IMG/VR virus record: IMGVR_UViG_3300024500_000031
Length of the DNA: 64,000 nt
From: an uncultured virus (IMG/VR IMGVR_UViG_3300024500_000031)
Lineage: Duplodnaviria > Heunggongvirae > Uroviricota > Caudoviricetes
Direction: 5' to 3' (one strand)
Both the position numbers and the translations under genes were made by a program. This document shows, piece by piece, positions 29,201-36,640 of the stretch; the stretch's first letter is position 1, and every line of letters starts with the position of its first letter. The notes under the pieces were generated by a model. That model had not been told where the DNA came from, searched no databases, and was given only the letters and a program-made list of their open reading frames with translations.

Positions 29201-32200
29201 AGTTGGTCTGCCAAATTTTTTATCTTTGGAGTAGCCGATGCATAATATAAAAATTCTAACCCAACGGAACTCAATAGTTCTCGTACAGTTTCACCGCCAC
29301 TGCTATCATTCTTAACCATTTCATTGACTAATCTGATGGCAGTCGCATAACTTCGTTCTGACTTCCAGAATCTAATTAAAGCAGAAGCTTGTGCTGGAGT
29401 AAAATCTTGTCTGGTTAACTGATCAGCGAAATCCGGGCTACTAACAGCAGCTATAGCGCGACCAAGGAACACTTGGGTTTGAGCATTTGTCCCAGATAGT
29501 GCTCGCATTTGCCAAATATTGTCAATGTGAAATGCAGCATGAGATGCTATACCGCGCATTAATTTTGCGTAGGAAATAGCATCAGCTCTTGTCTGCTTGT
29601 TATCTTCAACCCCTAATGAATTAATGGCTTGTCGGTATAGTTGATCTGGTGAAAGATTACGTTGACTACGATACGCAAGTATATTCATCCTACGAGCCAC
29701 ACTCTGAGCTGTGGCTTTAGACCGTATTGATGTTGCACTCAATAACGCACCAGTCTTAATACTAGTGTTTAATGAATCAACATAATATAACTGGTCAAAG
29801 AAACTAGAGTCCGAATAAAGATTTGCTACACGAGTCAAGTAGTTGTAAATAGTAACGCCGGGTTTTACTGCATCGTCAAATGCTGCAACTATAGCATCTA
29901 TAACAGCTTCTGTATTTTGTGTACTAGCTGCCCATGACAATAATCCTAGTTTTAAATCACCCGGTAAAATTTCTCCTTTTTTCAAGAGATCAATTAATAC
30001 CGTTGGCAATTCCTCGGTAGACGTATTTAATAAGCGTTGTCGTTGCTTGCCAGACTTCTGTATCGTCATAGCAGTGTTAAACTCTTCTTCGTCTAACACT
30101 GTTCGTTGATAAGGCCTATGTAATGGTCGTTCTTCGGTTGGAACAAAATTGTCAGCTGCAGTAGATAATGCGTCAAAATCCTGTTGTACATCTACAACAA
30201 CTTGATCTACAGGAACAGTGTACGCATCACCAGTAGGATCAGATAAAAGACGGACGGTTACAAGATTAGAATCAGATTTAACTACAACAGCAGCTTGCAA
30301 GTCGGACTCATTTGTAAATGATCCACGAACTAAATCCCCTGCCCTAACAATTACATCGTTTACATAGTCATCAGCCTCGTCGGAATAACGCAATCCACGA
30401 CGATCACCACTAGTAGAAATAGCTACGTCTTCAGCGACAATCCCACGAATAGTTTCTGCTTTGTCTGCAAGACTGTCTTCTGTATTAATGACTTCTTCTA
30501 TCTGCGCTAATGCATCTGCAGATACAGGAACACGTGAAAGGATTCCACTATTGTGTATATCCATGCGCATGTAACCACTACGAGACTCCACTGCTGCTTT
30601 TGCATCTCGTATAGTAATACTGTTTAAGATGTCTGGTGATCTTTCAATTTGGCCTGTATCCATCACTGGTCTTGTAGGTGTTTGAGCTTGCTCACCAGTC
30701 ATTGGTTGAATTAATACAGTGCCGTTAGGCAACTGATAAATACCTACAGGTGTAGGACCACCACTAGTAGCTACCTTACGACCATTAACGTAACGAATAT
30801 TGCCGTCATCAGACGTATAAGGAATACGATCTGGAAAGTCAGTGCTTTCCGTATAGTCTAATAACTCTGCGGTCTCGTCAACAGCATTAGTGTTTAGTGT
30901 TTTTAAAATTGGGCCTAATATATCGTATAGACGTGCATTAAATTTAGACAACGATTTAAGCAGGTCGATACTTCCCATTCGGTCTATAGAAACTTTGCCG
31001 TCGGACGTAATGCTTTTAACTAGCACTGTTCCGTCTGGATTAAATCCAGCGATAGTACGCGTCCGGCCACCTTCAGTCCATTTGTTCTTCTGGTAATACG
31101 GATTAAATATATCAATGCGTGACTGTAATGCTTGGAGGATACTAGCGCCCGTGAAAAATGCGTTTTTACGAGTTACTGTAGGCTGATCAAGCATAATCAA
31201 ATCAGACACATCTTGATCGCCACGCACTAGTTCGACAGCTCTAAATGTATGACCATTTGGTCCACGGTGTGTATTAAATGCTAAATATTGCGGTATTCCA
31301 TCAGGCGTGTCTGCTATACGTATACCAAAAAATTGCTGCCCACTTTGACGAACAGGTGTAGTTTTTGTAGGTTCTTGTGATTGTTCACTACCCTGTTTTG
31401 TCGCTGGCGTTTCAGACTGCTCTGCCATTGCCTTTAACAAGATCTGTTCAAACTGTGGGACTAATTCTGCAACAGCACGATTTCTTGCAGCGGGATCAGT
31501 AATGTAAATATTTGTATTTATTTTTTGCCCAGCTAGTGGGTTGTCATCTGATAAAGGTGCATTGTCACCTTTCACACGCATGTTTGCAATTATGCGATTA
31601 AATTCTCGTTGCGTCGTAGGATCATCAAGTCTTCCAGAAACTAACTTTTGGAAAAATATTTCACCAGCACTACTTGGTAGTACCTCGCCACTAATAACAG
31701 CTTGACGGGCGCGTTCACCAATCAATTCGTAAGCCTTACTTACTGCTCTTTTAACATCATCAGGATTCGCTTCTGGGCGACCCGTAATAGATTGGAAACG
31801 GCGGTTAATAGCCTGACCTCGCCACTCACCGCTATCAACCCAATCACGTGCCATAAACATGGCTTGCGTTTTTATATCCGAACCTTCAGCTAGTAACTTA
31901 CCCCGCAGGGCTGGTGTCATAAACGCACCAAGCTTTCCATGCGGTCTAACTGCCGTAAATGTTAATAATGCAGCACGACCTAAGTCAGACATAGTAGGTG
32001 GCTGATATTTTGGCTGACCAGTTTCATCTACAGATTTATCAGTTGCAGCTCGATATGCCTGTGCAATAGGAGTAAACATGTTGTTCATTCCAAATGCAGC
32101 ATCAGGCCCAACAGATGCCATTAATTCAGAACGCTCTCTTAGTAACCTATCGCCAGCATTTAAAAAACGACCTTTATGTTGCGTTGCATTTGCTTTTGCA

Positions 32201-33588
32201 AGTAGGCGATTAACCTTAAACAACTGTTTTGCGTCACTGTAAAAACTAGCAGCACCAGATCCAAACATTCCCACCATTGCAGCAGTTTCAGATATGCCTT
32301 GTGGGTCAACTTCAGCCTGACGCATTGCTGCCATCTTGTTCGCGTCAATTTGACCACCCGCTTGTGTATCATATACAGATGGAATAGCTTCTATAGTGCT
32401 ACGAATAGGAGCACCAGCAAACTCTGTAGCTCTGTTAGCAAATTCCGCTTGCTCTTGCGTTCCACCAAATGCTTTTGTAACTTGACCGGGAACACCAGCT
32501 TGACCAACGGCGCCAATTGCCATTGGCGTCATACTGCCTACAGTACGTGCAACTTGTGACTGCAACATTGTTTTAACGAGAGGACGTGTTGCTGCTGCAA
32601 ATGCTGTACCAGCTAAACGCATCGTTACAAGCTCTGGACCCATGCCGGGAATAGAACCAGCTAAAACCTGACCAGATAAAAATGCAGCTTGCCTTACAAG
32701 ATTATCTGGGTCACCAACCTTCTGAGCATACCAATCACCAATACCTAAGTTAGCATACGCTTGATCCTGCTGATCTTTTGTCATACCCATCATGGAACCA
32801 AATCCACGACCAATGAAAGATCTACGACCAAGCTCTCCACCTACAGTAAATGGAGATAACAGAGTTGTTTCTGTACCAGCAGCGCTACCATACATGCCTT
32901 CTAAGAACATGTTAGTGTCAGCACCATCAGCAACACTCTTTAAATATTTTTGTTCACTTGCTTCACCAGACTCGTACAGATCATCAAGAGTTTGAGACCC
33001 GGTAGCAAATCGCCCTACATTTAGCAGTGCGCGACCTGTACCTAAACCAAGACCAGCAATAGCACCAGCACCAGCACTTACTGTTGCCATGCCTTCTCGT
33101 ATTGCAGTTGGCAACTTGCCTTGTTCTCGTGCTAATGCACTTTTATAAATCTTATACCGTTCTGCTTTTGCGTCTGATGCTTTACTTGGATCAGGATAAA
33201 AATTACGCCCAGATACTAATTCATTACCTTTTTTAGGCGTTCCATAGATATTAAATACAGAACGCCGTGCTTCGAGAAGACGTTCTGACGCAAGTTGATG
33301 ATATTCACGTCTTTCATTAGCAGTAATAAGACCGTTACGGTACGCCTCATCAATAGTGAACTCATCATTGCTATTAATGCCAGTATTACGCCATGCATTG
33401 GATTTAAGGTTTTTTAAAGCTGGATTATAAAAGTTTGTTTTAAACTGCTGGATAGCAGCTTGACGTTCTTTATATGCTTTCGTTTGTTCTGTCGGTTTAC
33501 CGTAATCCTCCAAGTCGTTCACTACGGCTTGTTCAGCATATGTTAAACGGCGTGGCTTTTTGATTTGAGTGACGGGTGGTTTACGCAT
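20296..33588 (-). CDS. giant (4430 aa) internal virion / ejection polyvalent protein with zincin metallopeptidase motif
   Basis: Last and largest gene after the nozzle and two Gly/Gln-rich genes; YHEMTH plus downstream HEMFA; Gly/Ala-rich hydrophobic N-terminal region. Confidence 0.8.
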   Translation of the reverse strand: MRKPPVTQIKKPRRLTYAEQAVVNDLEDYGKPTEQTKAYKERQAAIQQFKTNFYNPALKNLKSNAWRNTGINSNDEFTIDEAYRNGLITANERREYHQLASERLLEARRSVFNIYGTPKKGNELVSGRNFYPDPSKASDAKAERYKIYKSALAREQGKLPTAIREGMATVSAGAGAIAGLGLGTGRALLNVGRFATGSQTLDDLYESGEASEQKYLKSVADGADTNMFLEGMYGSAAGTETTLLSPFTVGGELGRRSFIGRGFGSMMGMTKDQQDQAYANLGIGDWYAQKVGDPDNLVRQAAFLSGQVLAGSIPGMGPELVTMRLAGTAFAAATRPLVKTMLQSQVARTVGSMTPMAIGAVGQAGVPGQVTKAFGGTQEQAEFANRATEFAGAPIRSTIEAIPSVYDTQAGGQIDANKMAAMRQAEVDPQGISETAAMVGMFGSGAASFYSDAKQLFKVNRLLAKANATQHKGRFLNAGDRLLRERSELMASVGPDAAFGMNNMFTPIAQAYRAATDKSVDETGQPKYQPPTMSDLGRAALLTFTAVRPHGKLGAFMTPALRGKLLAEGSDIKTQAMFMARDWVDSGEWRGQAINRRFQSITGRPEANPDDVKRAVSKAYELIGERARQAVISGEVLPSSAGEIFFQKLVSGRLDDPTTQREFNRIIANMRVKGDNAPLSDDNPLAGQKINTNIYITDPAARNRAVAELVPQFEQILLKAMAEQSETPATKQGSEQSQEPTKTTPVRQSGQQFFGIRIADTPDGIPQYLAFNTHRGPNGHTFRAVELVRGDQDVSDLIMLDQPTVTRKNAFFTGASILQALQSRIDIFNPYYQKNKWTEGGRTRTIAGFNPDGTVLVKSITSDGKVSIDRMGSIDLLKSLSKFNARLYDILGPILKTLNTNAVDETAELLDYTESTDFPDRIPYTSDDGNIRYVNGRKVATSGGPTPVGIYQLPNGTVLIQPMTGEQAQTPTRPVMDTGQIERSPDILNSITIRDAKAAVESRSGYMRMDIHNSGILSRVPVSADALAQIEEVINTEDSLADKAETIRGIVAEDVAISTSGDRRGLRYSDEADDYVNDVIVRAGDLVRGSFTNESDLQAAVVVKSDSNLVTVRLLSDPTGDAYTVPVDQVVVDVQQDFDALSTAADNFVPTEERPLHRPYQRTVLDEEEFNTAMTIQKSGKQRQRLLNTSTEELPTVLIDLLKKGEILPGDLKLGLLSWAASTQNTEAVIDAIVAAFDDAVKPGVTIYNYLTRVANLYSDSSFFDQLYYVDSLNTSIKTGALLSATSIRSKATAQSVARRMNILAYRSQRNLSPDQLYRQAINSLGVEDNKQTRADAISYAKLMRGIASHAAFHIDNIWQMRALSGTNAQTQVFLGRAIAAVSSPDFADQLTRQDFTPAQASALIRFWKSERSYATAIRLVNEMVKNDSSGGETVRELLSSVGLEFLYYASATPKIKNLADQLMDANSYRRYQQEMNAYIANQAIPTIILKSIENDIVNGDFMGWTDETSAHQTNRVSFIQTLALLGTEIANRVATSPALDENSKTSLLTILSDLRNQINDMDPATLARIGSYTPSPISGNREFSLTSDGTATNLAYIDSQQSLDRAVQVILDQALSETEAKTIIEEGKDDQGRQQADVLAVARRSVYEQLKNNTHAVAFAMALAHFDVKDISSLNRILKVFEDQFDVTGLKRAYDRAVEAKDSDLIQATKMALETARVNAFNKAFKSFDKVLEVAKQIDALYSDLLDDTFTSLVDELGNAYEYMRSFYTSENSANEVLISTGDVAASSQAYGNRLIADTSGDSETADTTSTVRSSLDDQKTKDIYLANVAREEQAELAKAQADNESPEFIADIRYKYDTIRKEFMDSQAQKTESNEDGKDDFIKALNAFNTYTSEQLPAFLAIDNGENMADKVALLMTMSGELMTLLTKDNLLSNNFLPAVTHKTTTSIARQYDRTRGINEDLAAMRRASAPIEVIENPVTGEITIAGLTQSVIAGRRPVSPRSTRIDSMNPDAPDNSVVITEQDLMLSRDDADEDLVDFLSSDALVEITELVGTTVNEEAFDGMATSETPTEKIRLYALHARNYSGMQAMLEGLLLKQFDFRTTLDHLSAMGDAENSQRRIARAGAAAPERIGKLSEQNFDNPDIARAAQNNWKVRVADVLKKQLRNIERNERFRLQRVIDSLDVLFNPEMQVADQTVETFVTEASIYLKGQLKNVNLPDDVFTELSAAFSVNGMLRLFSQPDYSGAYYSHRAGYVDTPYEIATAIGALEGDDVSYLHRDVLPTIYSQPADINSITPATAEYLVSLYDKLDMSVYSQADRDEIIKTKRLYEERMTNSSATVDMQVDLGFMRTAKDLSIGLAKLYDNFAFGYAQKQYAMLLTSDRPEHRAEIVDAMRKVGVSPEIVDVFKGSAGSFAAILDALAENMGVIRSDVRRQLLTDEQKNALQTYLIAKYRMNYYMHSGKMLMTSSELMRSTSAQMVTAKDGRQIHGAFLAAQRLMMIASEANGPRTADTLYHEMTHALFTALDDMTQVNFLSSLLPSIEDISDPKLKDNPLFPAILQMRAIEIFNKAYPESVNEPLSTKWRSDEVVQFWQEQGMSEDRIKMMQRDWFGSAHEMFAVALQNFIADFGEPISDNPSRAVDTDAAAIFQQVAAPIRSMWTLLARSSPADMILENGKPHKAWSAPIPTAQYMTGNKRVIEYPAVRQGDYVRLYVPNKGRLDTDAHNIFNVSDLLKMWMSTGQTDSVHHKFGFKVQYTIAGPNGEPINRQVNVPFDNKNALAYIHQLVNAGGDVDFFVIPAGSDKLTDLTESQNWSQPYNGRIVDKVVLRNKGDYQRQTVFAYTIGGKQFDFVSLRDNDGVLPDGFFSTRFAVTDDAADAGPKDPRYTTVPNTDSYFVIEAPVTVAIRDKNKRGSSRRFEGTARYLVSSRDLMDSTYNPQLLGYSGDFNPKFSATLYDLNSKLDTITRSISDYHSYQDQLTLEKKLFTGTANDFRTNTRDMFTPAQRIAAYHGDQGKDVRAAGVDMYAPIVAGRNTFEANVLEIMRSRGLMNPEGGYTEEGYAFLERLNTFGVTPLAQFMQREGIFRHALKDSRHGVYNNNVFTIDYGSAEYNALSNFSKSLEGSLRQKALAAGVPFSELDTFIVDGQNEFFNQLYSAMFVRPVNRAAVKEGRRPVEDRVQDVIDAFNEGLPEEQQLSLNYIDGTTAGSVLPIFEYVLNSSQIGGSDAFSGIRIINDLLTALATNQPIELEGRPHHVNGAGYVLNRTMDVIFGRDNFVGKTEFLDRLTSLNENERAKAIRLVTSTASILDLQERVIANARYNWQKYSLPTGAFVDNGKVRIVDDSGRMLQVNLRTNEVVNIAPDYLRSGKVIKADIHSNRYPLYNPEAPVRYASVGDPLDVRVAETILNSLSKMEAEQLAIDPKGIVILRERDYSSTSSDVGIHLYRLSKNTNKDFLETGLRYKVYQVNNPYKGFYHVHGDDGTLTEVNNQRILTQSPAFLMGVAMNQYFDTANPENYESLERIRKTSIIRPEVFIAKMLIARAQRTNPETVSSAWRKDMSKQFKVNNVTIGSGDQSYSMLQSAIVNNRREGTWMSSGDMPSEHSKPFSELEMSLVRGLGELPVEAVGNEDVKREWQLQRLEDIEKRISVNRQPENIIIQKHNDVDQVGVSVDGDDVYFTIPENQYDDVISAMFSSSPAEIDQLKNLPNGQGATLPTNSLPPDYPVWRAIADVWTEGSGWEVVKRLSRDFARPFIQNYALVSMRPKDMAMQMYGLLGMAPNIWFPHGSNGKGTLFQKLFAHQKDTAYGDIMYHRIIDGIFRKYGRIGSQFSIGAIPFTKKATVPGIYDKELGRSRSYTIEDLNEFGLSTSYGEWYATAAAIKAANPLIELKDVPIQLTGAENLGGGVLGQRLIPFVGMTERGGLLSTDLLRIKQFLELARIVDRKVFESLGRSDSLVTMEQNKLKRNFARIINTISGSPVGDDVLLHPVAREVQYKAQAIFTAPNWGKSLKMFTLLPMVPELTAGYLVNMAFRPVWRKFFKGVGYNTVNLGAYHNFLSAIGQVKTADGNIINTPFSYYLTRFTGTAINTALLFGAALFMQNIAQSRALLAAQGKQTHWYQIAKIKHLMDEQKLGVTQPPAGTAKVVTLGNMEVQAPPIIMGWNRFLLQPYLQMQRNMKAGESLPAAAAEAMFSTEFTSRVNPMYVAMKDQLTGKTNIFNSATYQEHPGWRYFLAHYDELIAQSGPFGYQLALLKLAYPNGMSRAAMNGQMVPIQKMMNDLERMQYVDNADYNHSLANWMRFIGLENEYYNYDLDVKIPNMSKGGIRYGDITRLQKQFEYDYPGIFQTISEFGLGALWSGIPGTGDISGKGFERKQPVPYPLMPTQKLIESSTRRPDRLKSEVIEQQARQTLPAVSWEQLQRASERGSR

Positions 33589-33591
33589 ATT

Positions 33592-33602
33592 CTATTGTAA
33601 CC
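33592..33602 (-). promoter_or_regulatory. candidate -10 element GGTTACAATAG, 5 nt between TACAAT and the ATG
   Basis: Matches 1045-1055 at 10 of 11 positions. Confidence 0.45.
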
Positions 33603-33611
33603 TTATTGTAT

Positions 33612-35444
33612 TCACTCTGGCACTGGCAACCCAGCTCGTAAAGCAACCCATTTAATATCCCTATCAATCTGCGCTTTCACTTCTGGGAGAACAGCTGTTG
33701 CGCGTTCGTTTTGTTTTTGTGTAATAAGTTTTGTAGCTGCCACTCTTAATGCTTCACTGGGTACATTGTTATATCTTCCAGCAATAGCAGCAGCATTGTC
33801 TGGATTAAAGTTTTTATTTGTTTTGATTATATTAGTCAATAACTTCTCTCCTTCCGTAGCAGCTGTAGCAAACAATCTTGTAACAGTTGACAGATCAATA
33901 CCAGTTAATGTTGTGGCTGGGATGTTAAGTAAACTAGCCATAGTGTCTGGTTGTTTTACATCAGCGACACTAAGTGTTTTAAAATTATCTAAATTATCTT
34001 TTGCGTCATCGTATGCCGATTTAACCGTGGCACTAGCCATGCCTAATTGATATGTAACCACTGGATCTGTTGGCACTCTTTGGTTAGCACCACGCGCTTT
34101 TACAAGTTCCTTCTGTAATTGAGCATCAAAGAGTCGATCAGAATTTGCCCACCGCCGCTTTCGTAATTCTTTTTCGTTTTCAATTTCAGATTCAATACCC
34201 TTAATGGCTAACTCACGTGCTTGGCCAACTTCAGCAACAGTGTCTTTTGTTGGAGCAATAAATTTAGATAATCGTCCTACAACACGTTGCTTCTTATCGT
34301 CTGACAAACTACCAAACCAATTTGTTCTTGGAACATACTGACCACCTTTTTCCTCTACAGGCCATAAACTTTCATCCTTGCCAAAATAATGTGTTAGTAC
34401 TGTACGCTCTGGTATATATTGACCAGCACCAGCACCTAACACATCAAGTACGGCCTCACCAATAACTTGCTCATTATTTTTAACAAATTTATTAAGATCG
34501 GCTCCAAACCTTGTTGGATTTCTAATATACAAAGCTGGACCAAAATTAACCAAATTACCGTTTTCCAATGTTCGGACGCCCTTTATAGGCATATCGTAGT
34601 AATCAGGACTTAACAAAGCACCTAAATTAGTTCCACCAAACTTCTCGTCTAACAGTTTCATCTCTTCAACCGTTAAAGGAATACTACTTGGATCTGGTAA
34701 GTCGGTAGACAACAAACCTGTGCCGGGTTTTTTAACTGGCACACTGGTAGGTGTAGTACCTGTCTGTCCACCCATACCACCCTGTTGGCCAGTCATGCCA
34801 CCCTGTTGGCCACCCATACCACCCTGCTGCTGAGTGCCAGTTATATTTTGTTGCATTGGTCCGCCTAGAGCCATTTGTGATATAGCACCACCAATACCAA
34901 GCCCAGACATTACACCTCCAGCCATACCTGCAGCAAAGCGATCTGCAGGTCCAATTGGAGGTTCCCATGGAAATCTAGTTAAACCTACGCGACCCGAAAT
35001 GTTGGATTTTAAATTTGCTAGGCTTTGATCTGCGGATGTTTGCAATCTTGTAGCTTCATCTAGCAAAAGCCTAGCTTTGTTGGGGTCACGAGTTGTTGCT
35101 GCTTCTAGACGCAATTTAGCAGCATTGGACAATGCTGTTGCATGTGTGGCTGTTCCTGTATTCCAGTCAGCAAATGCTTGTTGATTAGGAGCATCTAGGG
35201 TCTGTTGTCTTACAAGTGCCTCGCCGGGAGCATTTAATTTATCTTTCTCTTGTTGTCGTCTTGCTGCTTCTGCTTGTAAATCAGCTGCTGTTTTTTGCAA
35301 CTGAAACGATTTGTCGGCCTCAGCTAACTGAATATCACTAGCCAGTTTTTGTTCTCGCTGTTGATTGCGTTGTGCATTGCCTTGCTGCAACGACTGCAGA
35401 AACCCTAATAAAGCCGATGCGCCAGTTTGAGATTGCTTTAACAT
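33612..35444 (-). CDS. putative ejection (internal virion) protein
   Basis: Gln-rich helical N-terminus, Gly-rich hydrophobic segment, position after the nozzle. Confidence 0.7.
   Translation of the reverse strand: MLKQSQTGASALLGFLQSLQQGNAQRNQQREQKLASDIQLAEADKSFQLQKTAADLQAEAARRQQEKDKLNAPGEALVRQQTLDAPNQQAFADWNTGTATHATALSNAAKLRLEAATTRDPNKARLLLDEATRLQTSADQSLANLKSNISGRVGLTRFPWEPPIGPADRFAAGMAGGVMSGLGIGGAISQMALGGPMQQNITGTQQQGGMGGQQGGMTGQQGGMGGQTGTTPTSVPVKKPGTGLLSTDLPDPSSIPLTVEEMKLLDEKFGGTNLGALLSPDYYDMPIKGVRTLENGNLVNFGPALYIRNPTRFGADLNKFVKNNEQVIGEAVLDVLGAGAGQYIPERTVLTHYFGKDESLWPVEEKGGQYVPRTNWFGSLSDDKKQRVVGRLSKFIAPTKDTVAEVGQARELAIKGIESEIENEKELRKRRWANSDRLFDAQLQKELVKARGANQRVPTDPVVTYQLGMASATVKSAYDDAKDNLDNFKTLSVADVKQPDTMASLLNIPATTLTGIDLSTVTRLFATAATEGEKLLTNIIKTNKNFNPDNAAAIAGRYNNVPSEALRVAATKLITQKQNERATAVLPEVKAQIDRDIKWVALRAGLPVPE
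34768..34830 (-). repeat. 21-nt tandem repeat x3 encoding QQGGM(G/T)G
   Basis: CCACCCATACCACCCTGTTGG-like units. Confidence 0.85.
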
Positions 35445-35445
35445 G

Positions 35446-36186
35446 TTAGGCTATTCCATATTTTTTCTTGAATTCAGCTTGACGTAAACCAAAGTCACGA
35501 TCAGAGTTCATCTGATTAATGTATTGACCACCAAGTGCGCCGAACTGACTTGCAATTTGATTGCGTTGATTTTGCGTCTGAGCATCAAGTTCCATCTGTT
35601 GTTTAGCCTCGCCCATGTACTGGTTATACATATTGTTTGCCATGTTAGATGCTGTTCCAAACGCAGTGTTTGCACCACCCTGATATGTACCAAATGCTTG
35701 CCCAGCCATACCAAGAGCTTGCTGCCTACGCGCATCAGCACCCATTGCGTATTGCACGGCTCCCTGAGACATGGCTTGTGCAATTGGATTGTTGTAAAAA
35801 TTATCTTGCATTTGATAGTTAGTCATACCGCCACCTAAATTTAATGCATTTGGCATTTGGTTATAACGGGCTTGCGCTTGTGCAGCGTTGCTAGTAATAG
35901 CACCCATCTGAGCACCAGCTTGTCTTAACATTGCATTTGTAGCATCTGGATTATTTAAGCGTTCCATCTCATTAGTAATGCCGCGACTATACATATTTGA
36001 AAACTGGTTTGCTTTAGTCTGGTTTTGTTGCCCTAATTGATATTGTTGATTCTGTATATTTTGATTGAACATACGTTGCTGCGATAGTTGATCTTGATAT
36101 GGATTTTTCTGCTTACCAAAAAGTGAGCCAGCAGCGTTACCTAATAACGTGCTCCCTAATCCTATTGCATATGCTGGTATCGGCAT
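35446..36186 (-). CDS. putative ejection/pilot protein
   Basis: N-terminal Gly-zipper IGLGSTLLGNAAGSLFG; Q/N/A/G-rich; GAGGA RBS. Confidence 0.7.
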   Translation of the reverse strand: MPIPAYAIGLGSTLLGNAAGSLFGKQKNPYQDQLSQQRMFNQNIQNQQYQLGQQNQTKANQFSNMYSRGITNEMERLNNPDATNAMLRQAGAQMGAITSNAAQAQARYNQMPNALNLGGGMTNYQMQDNFYNNPIAQAMSQGAVQYAMGADARRQQALGMAGQAFGTYQGGANTAFGTASNMANNMYNQYMGEAKQQMELDAQTQNQRNQIASQFGALGGQYINQMNSDRDFGLRQAEFKKKYGIA

Positions 36187-36196
36187 TTATTTCCTC

Positions 36197-36640
36197 CTAT
36201 TGTAAAACGTACCATATTCCTGCGCCCGCAGAATCTACTTGAGCCACTAATGTTACAGTTTCATATTGTGCAGCTGGCCACGCTTTTGCAGTGGCCTTGC
36301 CCAAAGTATCGCCAGTTTGCACAGCAGCACTGACTTGATTTGTAGTGCTATCTGTTTTGATTATATGTACAAATTGACCATTAGCATAATACGCTCTGGG
36401 TAATGTAACTACTACAGCAGCAGATGTTGCGTTAACACTTACAATGAGTTGCCCTGTATCAACTGTAGTACTTGCACTTATTGCTATAGATGTAAAATTT
36501 GCAGGCGGATATGCAGGTGCAAATGCACCTCGCTTCTGATCATTTGTCTGCTGTACAACAACACTTTTACCCGGACCTATTATTCCACCAGCAGGAGGAG
36601 AAGCTGTGTCCGGACTAGACAACCCACCAATTATAGGCAT
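36197..36640 (-). CDS. small tail-associated beta protein
   Basis: V.AT.....VTLP.A....G.....IK.D motif seen in phage tail proteins. Confidence 0.6.
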   Translation of the reverse strand: MPIIGGLSSPDTASPPAGGIIGPGKSVVVQQTNDQKRGAFAPAYPPANFTSIAISASTTVDTGQLIVSVNATSAAVVVTLPRAYYANGQFVHIIKTDSTTNQVSAAVQTGDTLGKATAKAWPAAQYETVTLVAQVDSAGAGIWYVLQ

